Assembly (NCBI GenBank): GCA_040754315.1
Contig: JBFMCS010000051.1
Location: 74,840 to 138,839, forward strand
Source of the DNA: Bacillota bacterium
Lineage (GTDB): Bacteria > Bacillota > Sulfobacillia > DUSP01 > JBFMCS01
Length of the DNA stretch: 64,000 nt
Direction: 5' to 3'
Numbering within the stretch: position 1 is the first letter of the stretch; every line of letters starts with the position of its first letter. Of the stretch, positions 39,008 through 48,970 are shown piece after piece. Below the pieces are notes generated by a model. It was not told the origin of the DNA. It saw nothing but the letters and a program-made list of their open reading frames with translations, and did no database searches. Made by a program: the position numbers and the translations under genes.

Positions 39008-40128
39008 AGGTAGCGGTTCTGGGATCCGGAAACGGGGGGTACGCGTGCTCCGCGGACCTTGCCCTAAGGGGTCACGAGGTGCGCTTGGCGGAGGCCCCCT
39101 CTCACGCTGAGCGCTTGAGGCCCCTTATCGACGATCCCTACATCGACGTCGTTAACATCGATGGCAGGCCGGTGGGCAGGGCTCACCTCTCGCTGGTTAC
39201 CTCCGATGCCGCCGAGGCGGTGACCGGGGCCGATGTGGTGTTAAACCCCGTGCCCATCTTCGCCTACAGGGTTTTTGCCCAGCTTGTGGCGAACACCATC
39301 GAGGAGGGACAGGTAGTCTGCACCCTGGGGAAAGGGGGCGGCTCTCTAGTCTACGCCAAGGCGCTCCGGGAGGCCGGCGCGGTCCTCCCCATCCTGGGAG
39401 AGACCAACACACTTCCCTACGGTGCCACTCGCCTTGGCCAGCACCAGGTCAGGATCGAATCCCCCACGGTCGAGCTCATAACAGCGGCCTTCCCTTCCCG
39501 GCGCACCGGGGAGGTGGTGGCCGCCTTCGGGGATCTCTACCCTGAGTACTCCATCCGGAAGGCCGCCAATGTCCTGGAGACCATCCTGGTGGACTACAAC
39601 GCCATCACGCACCCGCCTCCCATGATATGCAACGCTGCCAGGATAGCCTCCGGCTACGGGCAGGAGGACTTCCACCTGTTCGGGCCCTCGGAGAACCCCG
39701 AGGCTGTGGTAAGGGTAATCGAAGCGGTGGACAGGGAGAGGATTGCCCTCTCCAGGGCCCTGGGCATCAAGGCCTACACCCTTGAGGAGGAGATAAACCA
39801 CGTCGGTTTCAACCCCAGGGGCAAGGAGGGCAGGGTTCTGCCGCTGTTTGAGGCTATCCACACGGAGAAGCTGGAGGTCTGCGAGGGCCCCTATTCACTC
39901 ATGTCACGGCACCTGGTCGAGGACATCCCGTACGGGCTCGTCACCTTCTGTTCCCTCGGAGAGATGCTCGGGGTTCCGACCCCGGTCTCGAGGGCCCTGT
40001 CCGTGATGGCCTCGGTTCTAAATGGCGAGGACTACTTCCTGACCGGCAGGACGGTGGAGCGTCTCGGGATAGACCCGGCTTGGAGAATAGACCAGCTGTG
40101 CCGGTACCTGGAGGAGGGTCAGGCCTGA
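39004..40128 (+). CDS. NAD(P)-binding opine/octopine-dehydrogenase-family oxidoreductase
   Basis: N-terminal Rossmann motif KVAVLGSGNGGYA. The C-terminal half is like opine dehydrogenase family proteins. Confidence 0.5.
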   Translation: MKVAVLGSGNGGYACSADLALRGHEVRLAEAPSHAERLRPLIDDPYIDVVNIDGRPVGRAHLSLVTSDAAEAVTGADVVLNPVPIFAYRVFAQLVANTIEEGQVVCTLGKGGGSLVYAKALREAGAVLPILGETNTLPYGATRLGQHQVRIESPTVELITAAFPSRRTGEVVAAFGDLYPEYSIRKAANVLETILVDYNAITHPPPMICNAARIASGYGQEDFHLFGPSENPEAVVRVIEAVDRERIALSRALGIKAYTLEEEINHVGFNPRGKEGRVLPLFEAIHTEKLEVCEGPYSLMSRHLVEDIPYGLVTFCSLGEMLGVPTPVSRALSVMASVLNGEDYFLTGRTVERLGIDPAWRIDQLCRYLEEGQA

Positions 40129-40149
40129 GTTGCGGCCAGACCAGGGAAG

Positions 40150-40653
40150 GTGGGACGAACGGTGAAGGCCTTAGTCTCTTATCCGGATCTCTGCACTGGC
40201 TGCAGGCTCTGCGAGCTGGCGTGCGCCTTCCGGGTAGGGAAGACCATGCACCCGGCACGCTCGAGGATAACGGTGGTGAAGTGGGAGGATACCGGCTTCT
40301 ACCTTCCCTTCACCTGCCTGCAGTGTGAAAAGCCGGCATGTGCCTCGGCGTGTCCCGTTGAGGCCATAACGCGCCGAGAGGACACCGGTGCCATGGTGGT
40401 TGACGCCGAACGCTGCATAGGATGTGGGATGTGCCAGGTGTCATGCCCCTTTGGCGCTGCCTGTGTTGACCGGGGGACACGCGTGGCATCCAAGTGCGAC
40501 CTTTGCGACGGGTCGCCCAGGTGTGCTGAGATTTGCCCGGCCTCGGCCATCCGGTACCAGGATGAGCAGGAGGCGGCTGCGCACCGGCGACGGTCGCAAG
40601 TAGCCAGGGCGCTGTCCCATCCCGAGATCTTTCCGGGGGGTGAGGCGCGTTGA
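40150..40653 (+). CDS. Polyferredoxin (4x [4Fe-4S]), AorA-like electron-transfer subunit
   Basis: Four CxxCxxCxxxCP-type clusters. It lies immediately upstream of an AOR gene and overlaps it. Confidence 0.75.
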   Translation: MGRTVKALVSYPDLCTGCRLCELACAFRVGKTMHPARSRITVVKWEDTGFYLPFTCLQCEKPACASACPVEAITRREDTGAMVVDAERCIGCGMCQVSCPFGAACVDRGTRVASKCDLCDGSPRCAEICPASAIRYQDEQEAAAHRRRSQVARALSHPEIFPGGEAR

Positions 40654-42560
40654 AGTACCAAGGATACGCAGGCAAGGTGCTTAGGGTGGACCTGACGGAC
40701 CGCAAGGTGAGCGTCGAGGAGACCCCAGAGGAACTAGCCCGGGGCTTCCTGGGGGGTAACGGGTTCGGGGTGCGGGTGCTGTGGGACGAGACAGGGCCAG
40801 GGGTTGATGCCCTTGACCCGGGCAATCGCCTGGTATTCGCCTCTGGCCCTCTCTCTGGCACAACGTGGCCAGGAGCAGGGAGACTCGAGGTGATCGCCAA
40901 ATCACCGCTCACGGGCATCTACGGGGATTCCAACAGCGGGGGCTTCTTTGCCCCCGAGCTGAAGTACGCAGGGTTTGACATGGTGGTGATCACAGGGAGG
41001 GCCGAAGCGCCCGTCTTCCTGTCCATCACTCCGAGGGGGGTCGAGATCCGGGATGCCGGCCACCTCTGGAGTATGGGTGCCAGGAGCGCTGAAAAGGCAA
41101 TAGCGGCCCAGCTGGGGGACCCCGATGTGAAGACCTGCACGATAGGGCCTGCCGGCGAGAACCTCGTGCGCTTTGCCTCCATCCTGGTTTCCAGCGGGCG
41201 GTCAGCTGGGCGGTCGGGGATGGGTGCCGTCATGGGCTGCAAGAACCTCAAGGCCATCGCTGTCAGGGGTTTCGGCGGAGTTACCTTGGCTAGACCCGAC
41301 CTCTTCTATGATCTTAGCCTAAAGATGCACAAGGCCATTCGCGAGAACAAACTCTACGGCGTCGTGCACGAGTACGGCTCGCCGGGGTTGACCCCCCTGG
41401 TGAACATGACCGGGCGTTTCCCCACGAAGAACTTCCAGCTGGGTTCCTTCGAGCACCACGATAAGATCGGCGGCGAGGCGCTGAAGGCCCACTTCGTAAA
41501 GCACCTGGCGTGTTTCTCCTGCGGAGTCGGCTGCGACAAGATGTTCCACGTAAGGAGCGGCCCGTTCGCGGGGACCCGGTCAACGAGCCTGGAGTACGAG
41601 GTCCTCGGGGCGCTGGGCGCCGGGGTCCTGGTGGATGACCTGGACGCGGTTGTGAAGGCCAACAGCCTCTGTGACGAGCTCGGCATGGACGTGATCTCCG
41701 CTGGAAGGACCATCTCGTTTCTCATGGAGATCTTCGACAGGGGCATAGTGAGCCCCTCTGATATCGACGGGCTAGAGCCCCGGTGGGGGGATGCCCGCCT
41801 GGTGCTGGACCTACTCCAGCGGATCGCTGCCAGGCAAGGCATCGGCGATCTCCTGGCGGAAGGGGTACGCAGGATGGCCCAGAGGATCGGCCGGGGCTCC
41901 GAGGGGTACGCCATGGAGGTCAAGGGACAGGAGATTGCCTGCCAGGACGGCAGGGCCCAGCAGTCGATGGGGCTTGCGCACGTCACGTCTGCCAGGGGTG
42001 CCGACCACCTGAAAGCGTACCCCACCATCGATGAGACCGGGTTCCCGTCCAAGGCCATAGGGCGTTACGGGGAGCAGTACATGCCCGACCTCATCGATCC
42101 CCACTCCTCCCGGCACAAGGCAATGGTGGTGAAGGACGGGGAGGACTACGCCGCGGTCGTTGATTCGGCGGGCCACTGCAAGATCGGAGGGGCCTTCGTC
42201 ATTGCCGAGATATACTGGCCCGAAGAGGCCATGGGACTAGCGTACGCCACCGGCATGGAGGTGGACGAGGCGTCCTTGAGGGCTACCGGGGAGCGCATCT
42301 ACAATCTCATGCGCCTCTACAACGTCCGGCTTGGTATCAGCAGGGCCGATGACCGCCTGCCCAGGCGCTTCACAGAGGAACCGGCCCAGTCGGGCACCGC
42401 CACGGGCAGGGTCGTCGACCTTGACGCGATGCTAAAGGAGTACTACCGACTCAGGGGATGGGATCCCGAAAGGGGCCTTCCCGAGAGGGATACGCTCAGA
42501 AGGCTGGGCTTGGACTTCGCCATGGAGTGCCTGGAGAGGGAGGGCGTCTTGCTTGCCTGA
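40650..42560 (+). CDS. Tungsten-type aldehyde:ferredoxin oxidoreductase (AOR family), AorB-like
   Basis: 636 aa. N-terminal GKVLRVDLTDRKV. AOR cluster-binding region HLACFSCGVGCDK. Overall AOR length. Confidence 0.85.
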   Translation: MKYQGYAGKVLRVDLTDRKVSVEETPEELARGFLGGNGFGVRVLWDETGPGVDALDPGNRLVFASGPLSGTTWPGAGRLEVIAKSPLTGIYGDSNSGGFFAPELKYAGFDMVVITGRAEAPVFLSITPRGVEIRDAGHLWSMGARSAEKAIAAQLGDPDVKTCTIGPAGENLVRFASILVSSGRSAGRSGMGAVMGCKNLKAIAVRGFGGVTLARPDLFYDLSLKMHKAIRENKLYGVVHEYGSPGLTPLVNMTGRFPTKNFQLGSFEHHDKIGGEALKAHFVKHLACFSCGVGCDKMFHVRSGPFAGTRSTSLEYEVLGALGAGVLVDDLDAVVKANSLCDELGMDVISAGRTISFLMEIFDRGIVSPSDIDGLEPRWGDARLVLDLLQRIAARQGIGDLLAEGVRRMAQRIGRGSEGYAMEVKGQEIACQDGRAQQSMGLAHVTSARGADHLKAYPTIDETGFPSKAIGRYGEQYMPDLIDPHSSRHKAMVVKDGEDYAAVVDSAGHCKIGGAFVIAEIYWPEEAMGLAYATGMEVDEASLRATGERIYNLMRLYNVRLGISRADDRLPRRFTEEPAQSGTATGRVVDLDAMLKEYYRLRGWDPERGLPERDTLRRLGLDFAMECLEREGVLLA

Positions 42561-42843
42561 TCTGATCAGGGTTAAGGTCAAAGGCTATAACCTCATCTGG
42601 TCTGCCCTGGGCGGCCACGACGCGGAGGTCACCCTGGCCGCTCCGGCCACCTTCGCGGACCTCCTGGACCACCTGGTCAGAGAGAGGGGGGCCCTGGCCC
42701 AGGTTGTGCTGGACGGGCGGGAAGGCATCAGGCCGAACCTCAGGGTCTTCCTGAACGGCCGCCCTTTACCCAACGTATCGGGTCCGGAACAGTTGAATGA
42801 CGGCGATGAAGTCATCATGCTCATGGCGGCCGCGGGCGGCTGA
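42553..42843 (+). CDS. MoaD/ThiS-like ubiquitin-fold protein ending in Gly-Gly
   Basis: 96 aa with a C-terminal ... MAAAGG. The position after AOR parallels bacterial aor operons that carry MoaD-like maturation factors. Confidence 0.5.
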   Translation: MPDLIRVKVKGYNLIWSALGGHDAEVTLAAPATFADLLDHLVRERGALAQVVLDGREGIRPNLRVFLNGRPLPNVSGPEQLNDGDEVIMLMAAAGG

Positions 42844-42866
42844 CACATGAGCGGGGAGGCGTAGGA

Positions 42867-44048
42867 ATGGACCTCAGCGTTGATATAGGAGGCCTCAGGC
42901 TGAAGAACCCGCTGATCGTCGCGGCAGGTGCGCACGGCCGGGACAGTCGGACCATGGCTCACGTGGCGTCCTTCGGGCCGGGAGCCGTCACAACCAAGAC
43001 GATTGTGTCCCAGCCAGCCAAGGATGTCCTACCCTGCTTTGCACGGGTGCCCGGGGGGTTCCTCAATTGCGTTTTCGGTTCCACCACAGGGCCCGACCAG
43101 TGGTTTGGCGTGGACATACCCGAAGCCAAGCGAGCGGGAGTCACCGTTATCGCCAACCTGGCGGGGGTAACGGCGGAGGAAACGGCGGACCTGGCCGAGA
43201 GAGCCGCCCTGGCGGGGGCCGACATCATCGAGATCCCGACGATCTGCTGTCACATGAAGGAGATCCTTGAGGCCATGTTCCCCGGGCTGGTCATCGACCT
43301 CCCGGCGATAGAGGACCCCAGTCCCTACGTGGGGATACTGCGGACTGTCAAGGAGCGCACGGGGCTCCCCCTCATAGCCAAGCTGAGCGCCATCTTCCTG
43401 AACAACACGGTGGACTGGGCGAAGGCCGCGAAGGAGGGAGGGGCGGACGCGGTGGCCTGCTCCGACGCCCTCGGCCCTGCCCTGGCTGTTGACGTCCAGA
43501 CGGGTGAGCCCCTCCTGGGCGGGCCCAGGGGTGTCGGCGGGCTCACAGGGGGCGCCCTGAAGCCCATATCCCTGCGCATGTGCCTGGAGGTCGCCATGAA
43601 CGTGGACATAGATGTCATCGGGGTGGGCGGGGTTTCCTCCGCACAGGATGCCCTGGAGTACTTCATGGTCGGGGCCAAGGCGGTCGGGGCATGCACCAGC
43701 GGGCACCTGAGAGGTCCGAGAGCCTATTCAGAGATCCTCAAGGGCCTCGAGGAGAGCCTCGAGGCCAGGGAGGCTTCCCTGGAGGACGTCAGGGGCCTGA
43801 CCACAAAAAGGCTGGAAGCTCGAAAGGCCCTGGGTACCCACGTCATGACGGAGCCCCGAATCCCCCAGGTCATAGAGGAACGCTGTAACGCCTGTGGGAG
43901 GTGCAAGGATTCCTGCATATACCAGGCCATCCACATTGACGGCATCATGGTCATCAATAACGAGGCGTGTTACGGGTGCGGTCTTTGCCGCCAGGCCTGT
44001 CCGCGCATGGCAATACTCCACGACTGCTTCGGGGGAGGCCCTTCGTGA
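42867..44048 (+). CDS. Dihydroorotate/dihydropyrimidine-dehydrogenase-family (PreA-like) flavoprotein with a C-terminal 2x[4Fe-4S] ferredoxin domain
   Basis: Class-1 DHOD N-terminus LKNPLIVAAG. FMN-barrel motifs. C-terminal CNACGRCKDSC ... CYGCGLCRQACP. Confidence 0.7.
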   Translation: MDLSVDIGGLRLKNPLIVAAGAHGRDSRTMAHVASFGPGAVTTKTIVSQPAKDVLPCFARVPGGFLNCVFGSTTGPDQWFGVDIPEAKRAGVTVIANLAGVTAEETADLAERAALAGADIIEIPTICCHMKEILEAMFPGLVIDLPAIEDPSPYVGILRTVKERTGLPLIAKLSAIFLNNTVDWAKAAKEGGADAVACSDALGPALAVDVQTGEPLLGGPRGVGGLTGGALKPISLRMCLEVAMNVDIDVIGVGGVSSAQDALEYFMVGAKAVGACTSGHLRGPRAYSEILKGLEESLEAREASLEDVRGLTTKRLEARKALGTHVMTEPRIPQVIEERCNACGRCKDSCIYQAIHIDGIMVINNEACYGCGLCRQACPRMAILHDCFGGGPS

Positions 44049-45370
44049 TGGCGCTGGGAAGGCTCTTTAACGCCCAATCGGTAGCCGTTGTGGGCGCGTC
44101 CGCGAATCCCGCCAAGACGGGCCACACCATACTGGCCAATATGATCGGCGGGGGCTACACCGGGCAGGTCTATCCCATCAACCCGGGGTCCTCGGAGATC
44201 CTGGGTCTTCAGGCCTACCCCTCGGTATCCCTAGTGCCTGGAGATATCGACCTGGCCGTCGTGTGCGTGCCATCAAGGCTTGTGCCCGGCGTCATCGAGG
44301 AGTGCGGCGAGAAGGGCGTGGGGGCGGCGGTTGTTATTAGCGGGGGCTTCCGGGAGATAGGCGAGGAGGGCCTTGAGGCCGAGCTAGTCCGGGCCGCACG
44401 CCGGCACGGCGTGAGGATCGTTGGACCGAACTGCCAGGGGGTCAACTACACGCCGGCAGGGCTGTGCGCGTCCTGGCCGCTCATCACCAAGAAGGGGCCC
44501 ATGGCCATCGTCTCCCAGAGCGGGACCATCGGCGCCGCCCTGGCCATGCGGGCCGAGGAGGAGGGGATAGGGTTCTCCGCCTTCGTCAGCCTGGGCAACA
44601 AGGTTGATGTGGACGAGGTGGACCTCCTCAGGTACTTCGCTGATGATGTCTCCACTCAGGTGATCTGCATGTACCTGGAGGGTGTGACTGACGGGCGGGC
44701 CTTCATGGCCGCTGCCAGGGAGGCATCCGGGAAGAAGGGCGTGGTGGTCCTAAAGGGGGGCAAGACGAGGGCGGGACGCAGGGCGGCCCAGTCCCACACC
44801 AGGTCTGTGGCGGGAAGCGATGAGGCCTTCACCGCTGCGTGCCGCCAGTCTGGGGTAAGTCAGGTCTCGGATATCGACCAGCTCTACGACGCGGGCAAGG
44901 CCCTGGGAGCCCTGAAGAGGCCCGGTGGAAGGCGGCTCTTCGTTGTCACCAGTTCCGGTGGCAGCGGCATACTTGCGACGGACGCGGCTGAGATGGCGGG
45001 CCTCGAGGTGCCTTCTTTACCCGAGGACCTATCCTGGGACCTCGCATCCAGACTGCCGGGCCACTGTGTCGTGGGTAACCCCCTGGACCTGACGGGTGAC
45101 GCTGACGCCGAAAGGTACGGGTTGGTGCTGGATATGGTCATGGATAGGCCTGATGTCTTTGACGCCTGCGTGGTCATCTTCGGCGATCCCATTGCGGGGG
45201 CGTCGTCGGTGATAGAGAGGGTTAGTAGCATTACCCAGAAACCCCTGGTCATCAGCTATCTTGGGGGAGGGGACGTCGAGAAGGAAGAGACCCGGCTCAT
45301 CCAACGCCTGGGTATCCCCGTGTTTCCCACCCCTGAAAGGGCCGTTAGGGCCTTTGGCCTCACACTGTGA
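44048..45370 (+). CDS. acdA: ADP-forming acyl-CoA synthetase, alpha (CoA-binding/ligase-CoA) subunit
   Basis: CoA-binding motif SVAVVGASANPAKTGH. Phosphohistidine-region-like IVSQSGTIG. Confidence 0.75.
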   Translation: MALGRLFNAQSVAVVGASANPAKTGHTILANMIGGGYTGQVYPINPGSSEILGLQAYPSVSLVPGDIDLAVVCVPSRLVPGVIEECGEKGVGAAVVISGGFREIGEEGLEAELVRAARRHGVRIVGPNCQGVNYTPAGLCASWPLITKKGPMAIVSQSGTIGAALAMRAEEEGIGFSAFVSLGNKVDVDEVDLLRYFADDVSTQVICMYLEGVTDGRAFMAAAREASGKKGVVVLKGGKTRAGRRAAQSHTRSVAGSDEAFTAACRQSGVSQVSDIDQLYDAGKALGALKRPGGRRLFVVTSSGGSGILATDAAEMAGLEVPSLPEDLSWDLASRLPGHCVVGNPLDLTGDADAERYGLVLDMVMDRPDVFDACVVIFGDPIAGASSVIERVSSITQKPLVISYLGGGDVEKEETRLIQRLGIPVFPTPERAVRAFGLTL

Positions 45371-45423
45371 AGGCCAAGCACTGAGGCATCCAAGGGAGGT
45401 TAGACTTGGTGAACCCGTTGGCG

Positions 45424-47349
45424 ATGAGAGAACCGGGCAAACGTGTGCTCCTCATGGGCAATGAGGCAATAGCGCGGGGAGCCCTTGAAGGCGGATTGGA
45501 GGTGGCCGCGGCGTATCCTGGGACGCCCAGTTCAGAGGTGCTTGAGGCGCTGTCCGGTGTTGCCGAGGAACTGGGAATCTACGTGGAGTGGAGCACCAAC
45601 GAGAAAATAGCGATGGAGGTGGCCGTGGGGGCGTCGCTGGTGGGCAGGCGCTCGCTTGTGGCCATGAAGAACGCGGGGCTTAACTGGGCCATGGACACCT
45701 TCATGACTGTTCCCTACGGAGGCATCAGGGGAGGCTGCCTGGTGGTGGTCGCGGACGACCCCGGCGCTCACTACTCCTCCACCGAACAGGACACTCGGGT
45801 TCTGGGGAGGTACGCCGAGATACCGGTCCTGGAGCCGATGGACCAGCCAGAGACCAAGGAGATGGCCCGGGTGGCCCTGGAGCTCTCAGAACGGCTGGAA
45901 ATACCAGTGTTCCTGAGGTCCGTGACTCGCATATCGCACGCCTCCGGAGACGTCGAGATGGGCGGCCTGCCGGGCCCCAGGGAAGGCGCCATAGGCTTCA
46001 ACAAGCACTGGAAAGTCCCATACCGTTTCAACGTCTACGGGCCACCAGGGCCGGTATCCAAGCATCGCTGGCTTCACTCGCGTATACCGCTGGCATTGGA
46101 ATGGAGTGAGCGCTCCCCCTTCAACGAGATCAGGCCCGGGGGGGAATACGGGGTCATCGCATCGGGATTGGGTGCCGCGTACGTCCTGGACCAGGTAAAA
46201 GCCTTGAGCCTGGAGGGGGAGATCACCCTCCTGAAGATCGGGGTGCCCTGGCCGCTCCCGGTGTCCATGGTGAGGAAGGTCCTCAGGGGCTGCCGGCGAG
46301 TGCTGGTTGTTGAGGAGGGAGACCCGGTTGTGGAGGAGCAGGTGAAGGCCTTGGCCCACGAGGAGGGCGCCACCGTGGAGGTCTGGGGCAAGGGCGACGG
46401 CCAGCTGCCCGCCTGCGGGGAGCTGGACCCTGACCTCGTGGCCGGGGCACTGGCGGGACTCGTGAACTGGACATCGCCCGCCGACAGCCTGGAGGGCCGC
46501 CGCCAGGAGGTTCGGCAGCTGGTCTCGCCACGTTCCTCAGCCCTCTGCCCAGGATGCGGGCATCTGGGCGCCTACTGGGGGATCAGCCGGGCACTCCGTA
46601 AGGAGAGGATCGCCCCGGTAGTCAACGGAGATATCGGGTGCTATGAACAGGGCGGGTACGGCCTCTTCTCCTGCTCGGTGGCCGTTAGCGATGAACCGGA
46701 GAAGATCCACAAGGTGACCTCTCCCTATGAGGTCCTGGATACCATCCACGTGATGGGGAGCGGCATAGGCCTGGCCCAAGGCCAGTTCCACGGGGGTCAC
46801 CAGGGGAAGATCCTGGCTGTTGCCGGAGACAGCACCTACTTCCACGCTACGTTGCCCGCCGTGGCCAACGCGGTGGTGAACAATGCCAATGTTACCTTCG
46901 TGGTGCTGGACAATCGCTGGACAGCCATGACGGGGCACCAACCCAGCCCACGCACGGGGCGGAACGCCGTTGACAGGCAGGTCCCTGTCCTGGATATTGA
47001 GGCCGTGGCGGGTGCCCTGGGGGTAAGGGACACCCGCAGGGTCGACGCCTACGATCTCCCAGAAGTGGAGAGGGCGGTCGAAGAGGCCCTGGCCTCGGAC
47101 GGTTTCTCCCTGGTGCTGGTGGAGAGGGAGTGTGCCCTGCAGGTGGCCCGGAGGGTGCGTCCCGGGAGGGCCGAAACCCGGGTCGATGAGGGGATCTGCA
47201 TTGGATGCAGGATCTGCCTAGGGCTCGGCTGCCCGGCCCTGGTGTTCAGGGACAAAAAAGCGTCCATAGATGTTCTGGCATGCGTGGACTGCGGCATGTG
47301 CCAGCAGGTATGCCCGTCGTCTGCCATAGTAGAAGGGGTGAAAGGCTGA
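45424..47349 (+). CDS. iorA: Indolepyruvate/arylpyruvate:ferredoxin oxidoreductase alpha subunit (IorA)
   Basis: N-terminal LLMGNEAIARGALEGG ... YPGTPSSE. TPP-binding region. C-terminal 2x[4Fe-4S] (CIGCRICL ... CVDCGMCQQVCP). Confidence 0.85.
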   Translation: MREPGKRVLLMGNEAIARGALEGGLEVAAAYPGTPSSEVLEALSGVAEELGIYVEWSTNEKIAMEVAVGASLVGRRSLVAMKNAGLNWAMDTFMTVPYGGIRGGCLVVVADDPGAHYSSTEQDTRVLGRYAEIPVLEPMDQPETKEMARVALELSERLEIPVFLRSVTRISHASGDVEMGGLPGPREGAIGFNKHWKVPYRFNVYGPPGPVSKHRWLHSRIPLALEWSERSPFNEIRPGGEYGVIASGLGAAYVLDQVKALSLEGEITLLKIGVPWPLPVSMVRKVLRGCRRVLVVEEGDPVVEEQVKALAHEEGATVEVWGKGDGQLPACGELDPDLVAGALAGLVNWTSPADSLEGRRQEVRQLVSPRSSALCPGCGHLGAYWGISRALRKERIAPVVNGDIGCYEQGGYGLFSCSVAVSDEPEKIHKVTSPYEVLDTIHVMGSGIGLAQGQFHGGHQGKILAVAGDSTYFHATLPAVANAVVNNANVTFVVLDNRWTAMTGHQPSPRTGRNAVDRQVPVLDIEAVAGALGVRDTRRVDAYDLPEVERAVEEALASDGFSLVLVERECALQVARRVRPGRAETRVDEGICIGCRICLGLGCPALVFRDKKASIDVLACVDCGMCQQVCPSSAIVEGVKG

Positions 47350-47957
47350 TGGCTCTGGAGGTAATCATTTCGGGCGTGGGTGGGCAGGGCACCATCATCA
47401 TGTCCCACATCCTGGCCGAGGCCGTCATAGAGGCCGGTCTGAACGTGCGAGTGGGGGAGACCTTCGGCGCAGCGATGCGCGGGGGGGCCGTCATGTCCCA
47501 CGTGCGCATAGGTGATGTGAAGAGCCCGCTGGTTCCCTCGGGTAAGGCCGATGTCATAGCGGCGCTGGAGCCCCTGGAGGCGCTGCGGGTCGGCTGGCGC
47601 TGGGCGAAGGGGGACACTGAGGTGCTCTGTAACACAGGGCGCATCTACCCCATGGACGTGAACATAGGCGCTGCCAGGTACCCGGAAATGAACGAGATTG
47701 AGGACAGCCTGCGGTCCCTGGGGGCGTCCGTATTCTGCATAGATGCCGTCACCCTAGCCGAAGAGGCCGGCAATCCCCGCACAGCCAACGTGGTTATACT
47801 GGGCGCCCTCTCAGTCCTGGGCCACCTGCCCGTGACATCCGAGACGCTGCTAGGCGCGGTGAAATCCCGGGTGCCGGCCAAGGCCCTGGAGGCTAACGTC
47901 ATGGCTTTCCAGCTGGGTGTCAAGGCGGCCCAAGAAAGGGGAGGTTGGGAGCGTTGA
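47349..47957 (+). CDS. iorB: Indolepyruvate:ferredoxin oxidoreductase beta subunit (IorB)
   Basis: MALEVIISGVGGQGTI is a pyruvate/ketoisovalerate oxidoreductase gamma-like motif. ATGA overlap with the iorA stop. Confidence 0.8.
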   Translation: MALEVIISGVGGQGTIIMSHILAEAVIEAGLNVRVGETFGAAMRGGAVMSHVRIGDVKSPLVPSGKADVIAALEPLEALRVGWRWAKGDTEVLCNTGRIYPMDVNIGAARYPEMNEIEDSLRSLGASVFCIDAVTLAEEAGNPRTANVVILGALSVLGHLPVTSETLLGAVKSRVPAKALEANVMAFQLGVKAAQERGGWER

Positions 47958-48670
47958 GCCAAGGTCATCCCAAGGTTTTCCTGGAGACGGAGGCCCTGGC
48001 GCTGCTGCAGTCCAGGGGCGTGCCCGTACCGCGCTCGAGGGCGGTGACCGATCCGGCCGAGGCAGTCCTCGCAGCCAGGGGGATCGGCTACCCCGTGGTC
48101 ATGAAGGTGCTATCCCCTGAGATCCTCCACAAGTCGGATGTGGGAGGGGTAAGGATCGGCCTCGGTGACGACCAGGCCGTCGAGGCAGCCTTTAAGGAGA
48201 TTATGTCTTCGGTAAAGGCCGCCCTTCCTGACCGGGAGGTGCTCGGCATAGGGGTCTTCTCCCAAGAGCCTCCAGGCACTGAGGTAATTGTAGGGATGAT
48301 GAACGATCCCAAGTTTGGCCCAATGATCATGTTCGGCCTGGGGGGAGTGCACGTCGAGCTACTGAGGGATGTGACCTTCAGGGTGTGCCCGGTGTCGGCC
48401 GAAGAGGCCAGGAAGATGGTTGCTGAGATAAGGGGCTATCCGCTGCTCACCGGCTGGCGCGGTGCCCCCCCGTGTGACCTCGATGCGCTGGCAAGGCTCA
48501 TCGCCGTGGTATCGGAGATCTCCATGGAGCGGGGTGACCTCGACAGCATCGACCTGAACCCAGTAGCCCTCTATCCCGCCGGTCTCAGGGTGCTGGACGC
48601 CAAGTTCGTGTTCCTGGATGGCGATGGCGCTCGCTCGAGCTGGGTTGACATATGTCCAGAGCGGGGTTGA
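47945..48670 (+). CDS. acdB: ADP-forming acyl-CoA synthetase, beta (ATP-grasp) subunit
   Basis: An ATP-grasp-type segment after the N-terminal LETEALALLQSRGVPVP. GYPVVMKVLSPEILHKSDVGGV. It closes the acdA-iorAB-acdB unit. Confidence 0.7.
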   Translation: MGALSQGHPKVFLETEALALLQSRGVPVPRSRAVTDPAEAVLAARGIGYPVVMKVLSPEILHKSDVGGVRIGLGDDQAVEAAFKEIMSSVKAALPDREVLGIGVFSQEPPGTEVIVGMMNDPKFGPMIMFGLGGVHVELLRDVTFRVCPVSAEEARKMVAEIRGYPLLTGWRGAPPCDLDALARLIAVVSEISMERGDLDSIDLNPVALYPAGLRVLDAKFVFLDGDGARSSWVDICPERG

Positions 48671-48970
48671 TCGCTCGCCGGGACCCCAAGCAGAGAGAGG
48701 CTTTCCAGGAAGCAGCATCCTCCGGGGACCTGAGCCCTGAGGGTACTGGCCCAAGCCCGGTGGCGCCGGGCAGGGACTCAAGGTGCCGGTGGCCTGACCG
48801 CTGCCCGGGGCTGAAGCCCAGAGAGTCCATCTTTTGATGGCGGTTTTACTCAGGCGTTTTGACGGAGGCCAAGAGGTGTGGCAGGGGAGGTGAATGCACC
48901 GGTAGACGGCCTCGTGTCCCATGATAGGAGCCTGTGTTCCAGTGACTAACGTTGAAAGGTGGGAAGAGTC

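Noticed and set aside
48670-48970. Possible glycine riboswitch or T-box in the 300-bp leader of the amino-acid permease
   Set aside because: No consensus elements were found. Glycine-riboswitch ACCGAAGG/CTCTGGAGAG cores are absent, and there is no T-box specifier or antiterminator. It remains an unexplained leader only.
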